NCBI GenBank assembly: GCA_963817385.1
Contig: CAWFOM010000014.1
Span: forward strand, 17,811-81,810
Length of the DNA stretch: 64,000 bases
Source: an uncultured delta proteobacterium
GTDB lineage: Bacteria; Desulfobacterota; Syntrophia; Syntrophales; UBA5619
Reading direction: 5' to 3'
Made by a program: the position numbers and the translations under genes. Shown in pieces: positions 1 through 9,860 of this stretch (positions are counted from its first letter, which is position 1; every line of letters begins with the position of its first letter). The notes beneath the pieces are model-generated. The model saw only the letters and a list, made by a program, of their open reading frames with translations. It searched no databases and was not told the DNA's origin.

Positions 1-494
1 TCCAGTTGGTAGCCGATTCCGAGCATCACGGAACCCGTGTCGATGCTGCTGCTGGTTTCTATCCAGTTGGCACGGAGCTGAACGAGCCACCGGCCTTCCA
101 TTTGCCAGACGCCGGCGAGGCTCGCCACGGCTCCCACGCCATGGGTATCCGAGAATTCACTTCCCCCTCTCGCTAATTTCGTGTCATAGAAAAGATAGGG
201 TCCGATGCCCGCCTCGAGAGAGAATCGCTGATGCATCATATTCAAACGCCCCCAGAGTTGCGCGCTGATGCCGTCGCGGTGGTTATTCGGCAGATGTCCC
301 TCGTTCAGCCATGAAACACTGAATGCCGAGTATTTTGTCAACCCCTGCATATATTCCAGGGCCCATGCGGATGAGCGATCGGCTGTTTCCAAATCACCAA
401 TCTCTCCGCCCAAGAAATAGATTTCCTGCCCGGAGGCCGGACCTGCCGGGACAATCAGCGTGCACAGCAGCAGGAGAACTATACACCGCCGCAT
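1..494 (-). CDS. Exported protein, probable outer-membrane beta-barrel (3' end runs off the window start)
   Basis: Manual translation from ATG 494: MRRCIVLLLLCTLIVPAGPASGQEIYFLGG...WALEYMQ...FSVSWLNEGH...GIGPYLFYDT...GSVMLGIGYQL. Signal peptide and alternating aromatic/Gly strands. Absent from the ORF track because the stop is outside the window. Confidence 0.65.
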   Translation of the reverse strand, partial: MRRCIVLLLLCTLIVPAGPASGQEIYFLGGEIGDLETADRSSAWALEYMQGLTKYSAFSVSWLNEGHLPNNHRDGISAQLWGRLNMMHQRFSLEAGIGPYLFYDTKLARGGSEFSDTHGVGAVASLAGVWQMEGRWLVQLRANWIETSSSIDTGSVMLGIGYQL

Positions 495-567
495 GAAATA
501 ACTCCCAAGTAAAGGCCCATACAATCGGTTGCGAAGATACAGGATGCTAGGGACGACAACTCGCGTA

Positions 568-822
568 TTACCCATATCCACCGTCAGGTGATCGATTGCC
601 GGCAACGTGATTTTCTGCTTCGGCTGCAATGCACTCGCCAAGTTGATAAAGCTCTCCCACTTCATCTTTTCGGGGATACGCGGAGGAGATCTCCGACAGC
701 GGAACGATAAATCGCGGCGTATATTCGATTCTCCGCCCATCACTCCGAAGCGATCGTTCGAGAAACCTCTCGATGTTGGCCTGAAGCTGACGCCATCCCT
801 GATGCGATGCACTCTGATCCAT
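568..822 (-). CDS. Hypothetical protein (84 aa)
   Basis: Part of ORF 568..981. Strong RBS (GAGGGAGGAA) precedes ATG 822 (MDQSASHQGW...). Confidence 0.45.
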   Translation of the reverse strand: MDQSASHQGWRQLQANIERFLERSLRSDGRRIEYTPRFIVPLSEISSAYPRKDEVGELYQLGECIAAEAENHVAGNRSPDGGYG

Positions 823-1064
823 ATCGATTTCCTCCCTCTCAATGAAGATGATCGAACATTTCAGAACGGTGGGGGTCGCCTCCTGCTCTTCCAGGAATAT
901 TAGGTTCATTTTATACGCGGAAAGATGCGAAGCAATGAGGATTAAATAGATGGCTAATGGCAGGTAATAACTACCCGTCATGAGATGAGCACGGTTCCCG
1001 CCTCACCCCGACTGCGTCAGGGGATTACCGAACGATTCGATGATTAATTTTCATTCGGGTAATC

Positions 1065-1093
1065 TTGACATATGAGAATACGCTACCTACTAT
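1065..1093 (+). promoter_or_regulatory. Sigma-70-type promoter of the thiol-redox cluster
   Basis: TTGACA (1065-1070), 17-nt spacer, TACTAT (1088-1093), 50 nt before ATG 1143. Confidence 0.55.
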
Positions 1094-1142
1094 GTTATTA
1101 AAGAGAAAGTGTTTATTATCGAAATCAAAAGGAGAGTCCATC

Positions 1143-1757
1143 ATGGAGAAAAGCAACAAACGGATTGTTTACATTCTGTTTATCTTGCTTGCCTTGCTCT
1201 TTGCCGAAAATCCTTCTGCCTGGTCCGCAAATGTCACGGCCCTCGGTAATACGGTGAAATCGCAGCCTGGCAACAACATAGCCATCCCGGCATTCGAGCT
1301 TCCGATGCCGGGAAGCGAACAGGAAAAGAGTTATCTGGGCCTTACCGGGACCGGGAATTTCACGATAGGCCAAATCAAAGCCCAGGTTCTGATCATTGAG
1401 GTCTATAGCTTTTATTGCCCTCATTGCCAGCGTTCGGCAGCTCAGGTGAACGAACTCTACCAGAAGATACAAGAACGTCCTGACATAAAAGAAAAAATAA
1501 AGATGATCGGGATCGCCGTTACTAATGGTATTTATGAGGTCGACTCCTACCGGGAGAGGTACAAAGTACCATTCCCCCTTATTCCCGACAAGAGTACGGA
1601 TATTTCTCAGAAGCTCGGCGTAAAAGGAACGCCCACCTTCATCGGGCTTACGGTAAACGGCAAGGGATCTCCGGAACGATTCTATTTTGGAGAGGGCGGT
1701 TTTGAGGACACAGAGCAGTTTCTGGCGAAAATCATTCAATTATCAGGATTAAAATAG
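1143..1757 (+). CDS. Exported TlpA/ResA-like thioredoxin-fold protein
   Basis: Signal peptide, FYCPHC motif, GVKGTPTF cis-Pro loop; RBS AGGAG before ATG 1143. Confidence 0.85.
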   Translation: MEKSNKRIVYILFILLALLFAENPSAWSANVTALGNTVKSQPGNNIAIPAFELPMPGSEQEKSYLGLTGTGNFTIGQIKAQVLIIEVYSFYCPHCQRSAAQVNELYQKIQERPDIKEKIKMIGIAVTNGIYEVDSYRERYKVPFPLIPDKSTDISQKLGVKGTPTFIGLTVNGKGSPERFYFGEGGFEDTEQFLAKIIQLSGLK

Positions 1758-1767
1758 GAGGAAACAA

Positions 1768-2394
1768 ATGAACGGACAGAAAAAAACGTTGAGGGCCTTA
1801 TTGCTCCTGAGTGTATTTGTCGTAATGGGAGGAGCTGCCGTGGCCTATGGCCAATCAGCCGGATTCAGTGACAATATTTATCCGGTGGGAAAACTCAAAC
1901 CCACGGACAGTGTGCTCACGGTAAAAGTCGGCGATGCAGCCCCGGATTTTACCCTTCCCGCGGTTGAGGGCGGCAAGATATCCCTCAGCCAGTACATCGG
2001 CAAGAAGAATGTCGTCATCTCCTTTGTGCCCGCAGCGTGGACACCCGTGTGCTCTGATCAATGGCCGGGTTACAACATCTCCAAAAACCTCTTTGATAAA
2101 CATAACGCGATCCTGCTCGGCATTACGGTGGACAATATTCCCACGCTCTACTCCTGGACGAGGCAGATGTGTAATCCCAATGAAAAGATATGGTTCCCCG
2201 TCCTCTCCGATTTTTATCCGCATGGAGCGGTAGCTGCCAAATATGGAGTGCTCCGTTCGGACGGGGTAAGCGAGAGAGCCCTTTTTGTGATCAATAAGAA
2301 AGGTATCATTACCTATATCGACGTCCACGATATAAATCAGCGCCCGCCACTCGAGGACCTCGCAAAGGCGCTTGAAGCGGTGAACAGGCAATAA
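1768..2394 (+). CDS. Exported peroxiredoxin (AhpC/TSA, AhpE-like)
   Basis: VGDAAPDFTLP, PAAWTPVC (PxxxTxxC), LSDFYPHG and ERALFVI motifs; N-terminal signal peptide. Confidence 0.88.
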   Translation: MNGQKKTLRALLLLSVFVVMGGAAVAYGQSAGFSDNIYPVGKLKPTDSVLTVKVGDAAPDFTLPAVEGGKISLSQYIGKKNVVISFVPAAWTPVCSDQWPGYNISKNLFDKHNAILLGITVDNIPTLYSWTRQMCNPNEKIWFPVLSDFYPHGAVAAKYGVLRSDGVSERALFVINKKGIITYIDVHDINQRPPLEDLAKALEAVNRQ

Positions 2395-2574
2395 GCGCCT
2401 ATACATGTTCGCCTAACTGTTGTATCATTCCATATTCTGGACCCGATTCACTGGTTCCGGTGGACCCTGACTTAGTTCATGACCGATAGAGAAACGGTCC
2501 CGGGGATGACGACCATAACCAGCAGGTTGTCCGGCAGTGTTACTATGCATGCGAGTTCTGTGAGGGTGTTAACA

Positions 2575-3831
2575 ATGATCGAACAAATCCAGCATCTCCT
2601 GGAAGAAGCTTTTCGACAAGATACCGTCGGGCTTTATTTCCTGATGTTCGGCGGCGGACTTTTTGCCTCTGTGACGCCATGCACCTATCCGGTGCTTCCG
2701 TTGACCGTCGGATATATCGGTAATCAGGCAGGCGCCAACCGATTGAGAGCTTTTCTATTAAGCCTTTCCCTGGTGACCGGCTTGGCGGCGGTTTATGCCA
2801 TCCTGGGCGCTATCGTGGCAGCGGTGGGAGGGACATTCGGTTCGATCATGGGAAACGGGTTGGTTCTTTATGCGATCGCCATGTATTTCCTGATCATGGG
2901 ACTTTTCCTTCTGGATGTGTTTCATGTGCCCACTCCCAGATTTTTCTCCCGGCTTCACGCCAAGTCGGCAAACAGTAAAGGAATGCTGGGTGCGTTCGTG
3001 ATCGGGGGCGTCAGCGGCTTGATTGTCGGTCCGTGTACCGGCCCTATCCTGGCTGTCGCCCTGGGAGCGATTGCCCTCACGCTGAAAACTGTGCACGGTG
3101 TGGGTTATGCCCTGCAGATTGTCAAGGGCGGCATTCTGCTTTTTCTCTTCGGTTTTGGCCAGGGGGCCTTGATTCTCCTGGCGGGAATCTTTACCGGTTT
3201 CATTTTGAAACTCCCCAAAGCAGGGGCCTGGATGGAGGCTGTTAAAAAAGGTTTCGCTTTATCGATCATTATCGCTGCAAGCCTGTTATTTGTATTTGTG
3301 GGTCAAAATACCGATTTCCCGAGTCTCATGCGATTTCTTGCCAGCTCGGAACCCTCCGCGGTGCAGGATCCAGAGCTGAAAGCTTTGTCGGAATTGAAAC
3401 CCGGGGCGATTACACCACCTTCAGCAAATCTGGCCGCGGACTTCACCCTCCCATCGTTGGGAGGCAACCCGATTACACTAAGCGATTATAAGGGGAAAAA
3501 AGGAGTCGTGCTGGTGTTCTTCGCGACCTGGTGCGTCAATTGCGTGAAAGAAGTGCCGGAGGTTAAACAATTCGCCGAAATTGCGCAGAAGGAAAATGTC
3601 ATCGTGTTCGGCATCGACTACAAGCAACCGGAAGAACTTGTCAAGCGATTTAAAGAGTCCAATCGGATCAATTACGGAATACTCTTGGATACGGAAGGTA
3701 AGGTGACAACCGGCATATTCGGCATCAAGGGAATACCGCATATCATCGGCATTAACACGAAAGGTGAAGTTGTTTACCGGGGAACGGCCCTGCCGGATAA
3801 TAAAGACGAGTTCATAAAAAATTTAACATGA
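2575..3831 (+). CDS. CcdA/DsbD transmembrane domain fused to a C-terminal TlpA-like thioredoxin domain
   Basis: TPCTYPVLP and GPCTGPIL Cys motifs in transmembrane helices; C-terminal AADFTLP...FFATWCVNC...GIPH. Start at ATG 2575 is my choice (ORF open from 2479). Confidence 0.88.
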   Translation: MIEQIQHLLEEAFRQDTVGLYFLMFGGGLFASVTPCTYPVLPLTVGYIGNQAGANRLRAFLLSLSLVTGLAAVYAILGAIVAAVGGTFGSIMGNGLVLYAIAMYFLIMGLFLLDVFHVPTPRFFSRLHAKSANSKGMLGAFVIGGVSGLIVGPCTGPILAVALGAIALTLKTVHGVGYALQIVKGGILLFLFGFGQGALILLAGIFTGFILKLPKAGAWMEAVKKGFALSIIIAASLLFVFVGQNTDFPSLMRFLASSEPSAVQDPELKALSELKPGAITPPSANLAADFTLPSLGGNPITLSDYKGKKGVVLVFFATWCVNCVKEVPEVKQFAEIAQKENVIVFGIDYKQPEELVKRFKESNRINYGILLDTEGKVTTGIFGIKGIPHIIGINTKGEVVYRGTALPDNKDEFIKNLT

Positions 3832-3980
3832 AATTCCCCGGCCTATTCCTCACGTATCCCAAACATTGCCGGGCAGTTTACTATTCATCGTATACAAACA
3901 CATCACCGGAATCCATCACTTCCACCTGCACGGTGAACCTCTGTTGAAGGGACATCTTTTGTTGTTTTGTTGCTATGCAT

Positions 3981-4011
3981 AAAAAAACCCCCGGTCACAT
4001 GACCGGGGGTT
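3981..4011 (-). terminator. Intrinsic terminator
   Basis: Minus strand AACCCCCGGTCA-TG-TGACCGGGGGTT followed by a T run, just after the restored stop at 4034. Confidence 0.75.
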
Positions 4012-4033
4012 CCGTACGTCCGGGTGACAATTA

Positions 4034-4455
4034 TTACTTCTCACCCTTCTTCTTCGGCCCAAGCGGTAAACCTCCAAAAATGTCCTTGTAAATATCATCC
4101 TCCAAGTCAGCACTCCATACCTTTTTCCCCGCTACGATCGATTTCTGTCTGCCTTGATGGATTTCATTTTCGCATTCACCGTCCCGGTGATTTTAACCTC
4201 CTGGTTGATGTGCCGTGCAAGGATTCCTCTGTCCACATTGGGAACAAAATAATAATCCCCCTTCGCGGCGTCAACAAGCAGCACAAACACATTCTCCGCG
4301 GCAATCACGGGATCCTCCATCCCAACGGGACAAACCTTCCCCTGCGTCACGCAGTTGAACCCCTGAATCGAACCGGTAAGGGTTGCGCCGATCGCAAAAA
4401 CCGGTACCATTAAAAACACTACGCCGATGATCATCGCTCCAAAAAATTTCTTCAT
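4034..4455 (-). pseudogene. Exported hypothetical protein, frameshifted near 4139-4149
   Basis: ORF 4132..4455 has a signal peptide and Cx6C. Removing G4149 and G4139 gives ...SIKATEIIVAGKKVWSADLEDDIYKDIFGGLPLGPKKKGEK followed by TAA TAA, directly before the terminator. Confidence 0.65.
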
Positions 4456-5109
4456 TTTCTCTCCTCCGTTTATTCTTAAGTTTGGTTAAATTTATCTGTC
4501 CTGGTTAAATTGACTATCCCAAATTCTCCTTCCTATTAATTACTCATACCTCCTTTCTTTCGTTCTATGACGAAAAATGACATGTTTATAAAAAGTCACG
4601 CAGCGATCTTGACCCCAAGATCTCACATGCGCGAATTAATCCCACACCCTGCAAAACGGGATATCGAGCGTCGAAGACATTTACTCCTGCGCGACTAATT
4701 TCGTGCTGAAATTTATCGTTGAATCCCATAACACTTGTTTGTCCATTTTTTTTCATATTCGCATCTCTCAAGAAAATATTTTTTCTCCGGCTTTAAAAAT
4801 GTTCACCAATAACGTACAGCAGGTAAAACATCATATCGTTTTCGTTGGTCCTAAAATAATGTTCTTATTCAGTAAAATCAATGAGGGTTGATTGACAGGC
4901 TAGTGGTAGCAAAATACTACCATAATGATATCTCGCTGAGTATGAAGGATTTGGAACTTCGTCACTGAGGTCAGGGATGTCACGCATCCATGACGACATC
5001 GTGGATATCGAATTCCGGTATGCTCTGCCAGCCTCACGACTGCGAGGAATCTACGAAAGGAATATTCTAACGCTTCGGAGGGAGCGAAAACGGAGGAAAA
5101 GAGAAGCCG

Positions 5110-5310
5110 TTACCTGACGCCCTGTTTGCGCCTGTCACGGGACATCTCCCAGATTATACACTGGGTTCTGAATCTACAATAGAGTTTCGGATCGATACAT
5201 TCGCAACAGTGATCGATGTTCATACACCGGCAGCACTCCCGGCAAAAACCCGTCTCGTGCTTTCGACAGACCGCTAATGCTTCGCGATCTTCATGGTTCT
5301 TGCATCGCAT
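5110..5310 (-). CDS. Small Cys/His-rich putative metal-binding protein (B-box-like N-terminus)
   Basis: CxxH-x8-CxxH-x4-CxxCC pattern; 11 Cys in 66 aa; starts 7 nt after the upstream stop. Confidence 0.7.
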   Translation of the reverse strand: MRCKNHEDREALAVCRKHETGFCRECCRCMNIDHCCECIDPKLYCRFRTQCIIWEMSRDRRKQGVR

Positions 5311-5317
5311 TTCTTAA

Positions 5318-6043
5318 TTACTTCTCTCGAACTTCAGCCCGCATATACCGGAGATTACCCCACTCAGCGAACGCAGCCTTGACAGCCGCCACGGCACCCT
5401 CGATGCCCATGTAGCCCGTATTGACGATCAGGTCGTAGAAGATGGGGTTTGTCCAATCGGCGCCGAAATGCTTGCAGTGGAAGGCGTTCCGATCCTTTTC
5501 TGTCTTATAGACATAGCGCTCTGCCGTCTCAAAGTCGGTATTTGAGTCCCGCATAACGTTGCGAATCCGGATCTCCCGGGGGGCGATAAGGCGAACGCGG
5601 AAAGTCTCTTCAGGGGGCAGGATAAATTGGCCACCCCTGCCTATAATGATCGTATTCCCCTGTTTACCGATGGTACCGATTACCTTGGTGAGGTAGCGGA
5701 TATATTCATCAGGCCAAATGTGACGAGTACGGAAGAGGGAATCAAGCCAGAAGTCCCGCACTCGGACCTCCTTTTCGTCCAGGGATGCGATAACCTTCTC
5801 GCTTATATCCGCCCGTTCCGCCACCTGCTGGATGATTTTAGAGCCGATTAGATCCATTGTAAGGTCTTTCGCAAGGCGCCGAGCAACCTCGGTACCGCCG
5901 CATCCCGGGTCACGCGAAACGGTTATACAGGGCCGAGGATGGTAGCCTGCGGTCTTCTTTTTTTGCTCGATCCGCTGGCGTTGCCATTTGGCAATTTGCT
6001 CTCCAACGATGTGATCCAATGAACGGCTTGTCGCCCTTTGCAT
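5318..6043 (-). CDS. Cytidylate kinase-like family protein
   Basis: ITVSRDPGCGG P-loop-like motif, IIIGRGG, YDLIVNT; RBS GAGGAGG before ATG 6043. Confidence 0.85.
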   Translation of the reverse strand: MQRATSRSLDHIVGEQIAKWQRQRIEQKKKTAGYHPRPCITVSRDPGCGGTEVARRLAKDLTMDLIGSKIIQQVAERADISEKVIASLDEKEVRVRDFWLDSLFRTRHIWPDEYIRYLTKVIGTIGKQGNTIIIGRGGQFILPPEETFRVRLIAPREIRIRNVMRDSNTDFETAERYVYKTEKDRNAFHCKHFGADWTNPIFYDLIVNTGYMGIEGAVAAVKAAFAEWGNLRYMRAEVREK

Positions 6044-6099
6044 AAAGATCCTCCTCGCCAATGAGCGGGGCGTGATTATGAATCGCCGGCAATCGCGAC

Positions 6100-6142
6100 A
6101 AAACAAAAACCCCTCAACGGATACATAATCCTTTTGAGGGGT
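6100..6142 (-). terminator. Intrinsic terminator of the ncRNA
   Basis: CCCCTCAA...TTGAGGGG stem followed by TTTTTGTTTT on the minus strand. Confidence 0.75.
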
Positions 6143-6145
6143 GGA

Positions 6146-6297
6146 CGGGTGCCGCTGATGCCGTCTTGCCAGCATGCTGGAGTCACGTTACTCAATACTT
6201 GGTCTTCAAACGGGTGATCGTCACCACTAAGACCCTGCGATTCTTTTCTTAATTCGTCTCCAGTGACATGACTCATTACGCGCATCGCAGCATCCCG
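6146..6297 (-). ncRNA. Probable 6S-like RNA (~152 nt)
   Basis: Own promoter and terminator. Ends pair (CGGGAUGCUGCGAUGC / GCAUCAGCGGCACCCG) into an irregular rod with an A-rich central bubble and an apical GGUCUU/AAGACC + GGUGA/UCACC stem. Confidence 0.6.
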
Positions 6298-6303
6298 AAT
6301 TTT

Positions 6304-6332
6304 ATTATAGTCAGGGCTCACTCCTTTGTCAA
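6304..6332 (-). promoter_or_regulatory. Consensus sigma-70 promoter driving the ncRNA
   Basis: TTGACA (6332-6327), 17 nt, TATAAT (6309-6304); predicted +1 near 6297. Confidence 0.8.
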
Positions 6333-6347
6333 GACGTCGCAAGAGAC

Positions 6348-7638
6348 TTAAGCTGGATGCTTGGGCGGTTGCATATGCATAGTGACCATTCCTGAAATGA
6401 AAAAAATAACCACAAAAGAATAAAAGGGAAATGCATAACTCCCAAAGAGATCAAAGCAGAGCCCGGCAAAAATCGGACCCAACGCATTGGCAGTAAAATA
6501 AAATGGATTTGACAAACCGTATATGCTGCCAAGAGAACGGCGGCCAAAAAAGTCCGCCCAGACAACGGGGATCATCGGGTTCCTGCCACCGTGAAAGATC
6601 CCGTGCAAGGCCGCCAACAAAAAAATGATACCGATTCCCAAAGCACCGTCATACTTGAACTGGATTGCTAAATAAAGCGCAAGAAATATCAAGCCATTTC
6701 CTACAACGTTTGCCGTTAGAAGGTGCTGAATACGAAACCTTTCGGTAAGCATACCCCATATGGGCGATCCGACCATACCGAAGAGAGCAATGGTGGTGAG
6801 AACAAAAACGGCGGTAGTTTCACTGAATCCTTGGTCAGTAAGAAATGGATAAATATGAAAATTAATGCCTGCCTGCAGAAACGGGATCAGGCTGGTAATC
6901 AAGGTTAATGTCCAGAACGCCTTGGTACGGGTTGCCTGCGCACGGGTCCAGAGGGGTTCCGGATCGTCACCAAAAGTATCAACGTGTTCTCCTTCAGTGA
7001 ACGTATCACCTGCTCCATTTTCGGTTGAAGCAGGCGCTGCACCGTCCGGCAAAAGTCCCATGTCTTCAGGTCTGTGACGGAGAAAGAGCAAAGCGGGGAT
7101 GCCGGACATTAAAAAAACCACCACGCCCAGGGTGCCCCAGGCCATTCTCCATCCGAGCGCCAGTATTAAAAACTGGACCATCAAGGGCAAGAGGGTGCTC
7201 CCGAGCCGATCGCCAATCCTCGTGATACCCATAGCCCTGCCTCGGTAACGAACAAACCAGTTGGCCACCGAAACCGATATGCTTAGACTAAGCACCCCGA
7301 CGGCAACCATTCTTCCGACCCCAAAAAACAGGTAAAGCTGCCAGAGGTGATTGGCAAACGTCATGGCGCCCAGTCCGAGGCTCAAAAACACGATGCCCCA
7401 GAACGAGACCATTCTCGGCCCGTACCGATCCAGAATCGGGCCTATCACCAGACGATAATAGCCCGCCACTGATAGAGCCGAAAGCAATCGCCCCGGTCAC
7501 CGAAGCCCGAGTCCATCCGAACTCATCCACCATCGGCTTCATGAATATGGACAAAATATTCTGGAAGACGCCGGACTCGGTAAAACCAATCAAAAAGGAG
7601 ACACCGACAATGATCCAGCCATAAAAGGGTCTGCGCAA
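6348..7638 (-). pseudogene. MFS transporter (OFA/MCT-like), split by a +1 frameshift near 7452
   Basis: ORF 7288..7638 gives the N-terminus (FYGWIIVG...EFGWTRA) and ORF 6348..7487 the rest (DRYGPR, WFVRYRGRAMG, FFGRRSLGSIYG). Deleting one base joins GGLLS to LVIGP. Confidence 0.85.
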
Positions 7639-7728
7639 ATTGTACCTTCCTCATTCCCGGAAGCTATCCGCCCATTTCAAAGAACTGAGTCAAAGGGGAA
7701 ATGACGCCATTCGTGGTAATCCCGTCCG

Positions 7729-7917
7729 TCATGGCGCCTGTTTGTTCAGACAATCGGGTTTCCACAGACACTCTTCTTCACAGAGATCTGTTGTACCAAA
7801 ACAGGGTGAGTAACCCTCCTTAACCTGAATGTCTCGGATGATATCCTGTTTTGTTCGACCAACTCGTATATCGACGCCCCATTGTCTGGCAATCCCGCGA
7901 ACTTCCTGCATCTTCAT
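7729..7917 (-). CDS. Small SAP/Rho-N-like protein with C-terminal Cys cluster
   Basis: MKMQEVRGIA...KQDIIRDIQxxEGYxPCFGT...CxxxCxWxxDC; RBS AAGGGGG. Confidence 0.75.
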   Translation of the reverse strand: MKMQEVRGIARQWGVDIRVGRTKQDIIRDIQVKEGYSPCFGTTDLCEEECLWKPDCLNKQAP

Positions 7918-8156
7918 GGAGAACCCCCTTTCTTATCGTTGGGTTAATGAAAAAAGGATTTATGATGATCTTTCAGGTCGCTGACTTTTCCAACATCATT
8001 ACGTTAGCCTGATTATATCACAGATCCCTCAGAATCTCCGCACCGATTTCGAGGGACGGAAAAGAGTGGACAATCGGTTCACTATTACGCATTATATACA
8101 AGCGGGCGTGCACGCGGAGATACTCTCGGACTCTTTGATCAGCCAAAGGCCCTTCC

Positions 8157-8427
8157 TTGAATGACGAAACCCTTTTAAACCAACTCGAAGAACTGGCTGA
8201 GAGGATCGGAATCGCGATTCGTTATGAGAAATTGAACCTGGAGGATTCACCCGGTAGCGGCGGCCTCTGTCGTTTTAACGGTGAGTATGTTCTGATCATT
8301 CACTCCCGGGCAACTCTTCGCGAGAAGATCAGGGTCGTGACAAGGGCGCTCAAGGCAGTTTGACCTCAATGGGATATATCTCAGACCGGTCCTCCGGGAA
8401 TTGTTGGAAGAATCTGAGGAATCATAA
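8157..8427 (+). pseudogene. Hypothetical protein, +1 frameshift near 8355
   Basis: LEELAERIGIxIRYE...GGLCR. Removing one G after CTCAAG extends it to KQFDLNGIYLRPVLRELLEESEES with stop at 8425-8427. Confidence 0.65.
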
Positions 8428-8455
8428 ACAGCCGGGAAGGCTTGAGGAAACCGGG

Positions 8456-9547
8456 CTATTTATATGCCGAGAAGTCCACCCCTCGGTTTCTCCCCCGCTC
8501 CTCGAACCAGGCCTCCTCGGTTATGGGAGGCTGCACGACGTTATCCCGATCTTTATGAAACAGCCGGATGGCTTCTGCCGGACACGTCCTGACGCAAAGC
8601 CCGCAACCGATGCATCGCTCGGGGATGATCCGATGAGCGTCATCCCCTTCTTCGATAGCGCCTACCTGACAGCGTTTTCCCAAACAGAGCCCGCAGCCGA
8701 TGCATGCATCCGGATCAATCTCGGCGTAATAATGGGAATTGACGACATCCGACGCCGGGATGCCCAACTTGTTGATCGCGCCCAGCACACCGCAACAACA
8801 TTTACAGCAATTGCAGATATAGACTGAACCATTCTGCACATTGCTGGTCAGGTGCACGAGCCCATCTTCTTCCGTTTTTTCCAGCAATTCGTATGCGTCA
8901 CTTCGCGAGATTACACGCCCTTGCGGGGAATTATCAAAAATCCCGGGTATCGGGGCGACGGCGAGACAAACTTGCACGGGTCTGTCGCACGGTCTCTCCA
9001 AAAGGCCCTGCTCTTTTTTGCATATGCAATCATTTACGAGAAAAGACTGGCCCGCCTCGATAATGGAGGAAAGCCTTTCATACGGCAGGGCCTCTTCCTT
9101 GGCGGAGATCTCTTCTTCGATGGGAAGTACCTGCATCAGTTGCGGCGCCGCGGAAAAGAATTGCATGCCGTAGACCGGCGCATACTCCTCATGCAATATC
9201 GCAAATTCCCGATCAAGGCGTCCCATCTGAAATTCATAGATTCCAAAAACCCAGGGGAGCATCTTGAAGTATCTTGTCTTCCCCAGCTTGATCATGAAGA
9301 GTTGCCCCGATTTTGCCATGGACACCAAGATCATCTGCAACTCTTCCAAAGGGCGTCCGGTCCGTTCGGAGATCTCTTCCGCCGTTTCAAAGGTCAACCG
9401 CATTTCACAGAAAAGCTCGGCCTGTTCCGGCGTAAAAACCTTCTTCAGCAGTTTTATTTCCACACCGCTTTCCGTCGACGGGAAGCCGTTGGGAAGGGTA
9501 TCGAGCACTTTGGCTACCTTATGATAGATGGCATCATGCATATTCAT
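8456..9547 (-). CDS. 4Fe-4S dicluster-binding protein
   Basis: CIC and ICNCCKCCC motifs plus two ferredoxin motifs (CIGCGLC...C, CIGCGLCVRTCP). Confidence 0.9.
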   Translation of the reverse strand: MNMHDAIYHKVAKVLDTLPNGFPSTESGVEIKLLKKVFTPEQAELFCEMRLTFETAEEISERTGRPLEELQMILVSMAKSGQLFMIKLGKTRYFKMLPWVFGIYEFQMGRLDREFAILHEEYAPVYGMQFFSAAPQLMQVLPIEEEISAKEEALPYERLSSIIEAGQSFLVNDCICKKEQGLLERPCDRPVQVCLAVAPIPGIFDNSPQGRVISRSDAYELLEKTEEDGLVHLTSNVQNGSVYICNCCKCCCGVLGAINKLGIPASDVVNSHYYAEIDPDACIGCGLCLGKRCQVGAIEEGDDAHRIIPERCIGCGLCVRTCPAEAIRLFHKDRDNVVQPPITEEAWFEERGRNRGVDFSAYK

Positions 9548-9860
9548 CCTCCTGCAAAAAGTCTTGACTATTTGGATACGTGTCGTTCAGCGTTTAGCGG
9601 TTCACCGGTAATATACCGTGAGGTGAAGTGTAAGGAAAAGGGGGGAGGGTGTCAAGACAAATGGCTCCCCCTGATAAATGGCCACCCAATAATAGTCCTT
9701 GACTTAATTCCCCATCCGGTGCTGACTATAAACCATAATTTGGCGGCAGGACTTGCGGGTGAAAGTATGTTTGACGTCTGAAGTTACCTACGATTGCTTC
9801 CCCGTCTCTCACTGAACAGAGATGTGGATTTGTTATTTCATTGATAATTTGGGAGGCAGC

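Noticed and set aside
2050..2052. Possible Sec codon in the peroxiredoxin and other redox proteins
   Set aside because: The active-site codons are TGC/TGT; selD has the only credible in-frame UGA.
4906..4922. Palindrome GGTAG-N7-CTACC in the AT-rich 4.5-5.1 kb intergenic region
   Set aside because: A single short palindrome with no assignable promoter or regulator.
6076..6342. 88-aa ORF on the minus strand
   Set aside because: It spans a perfect promoter, a structured RNA and a terminator and has no RBS; better explained as the ncRNA gene.
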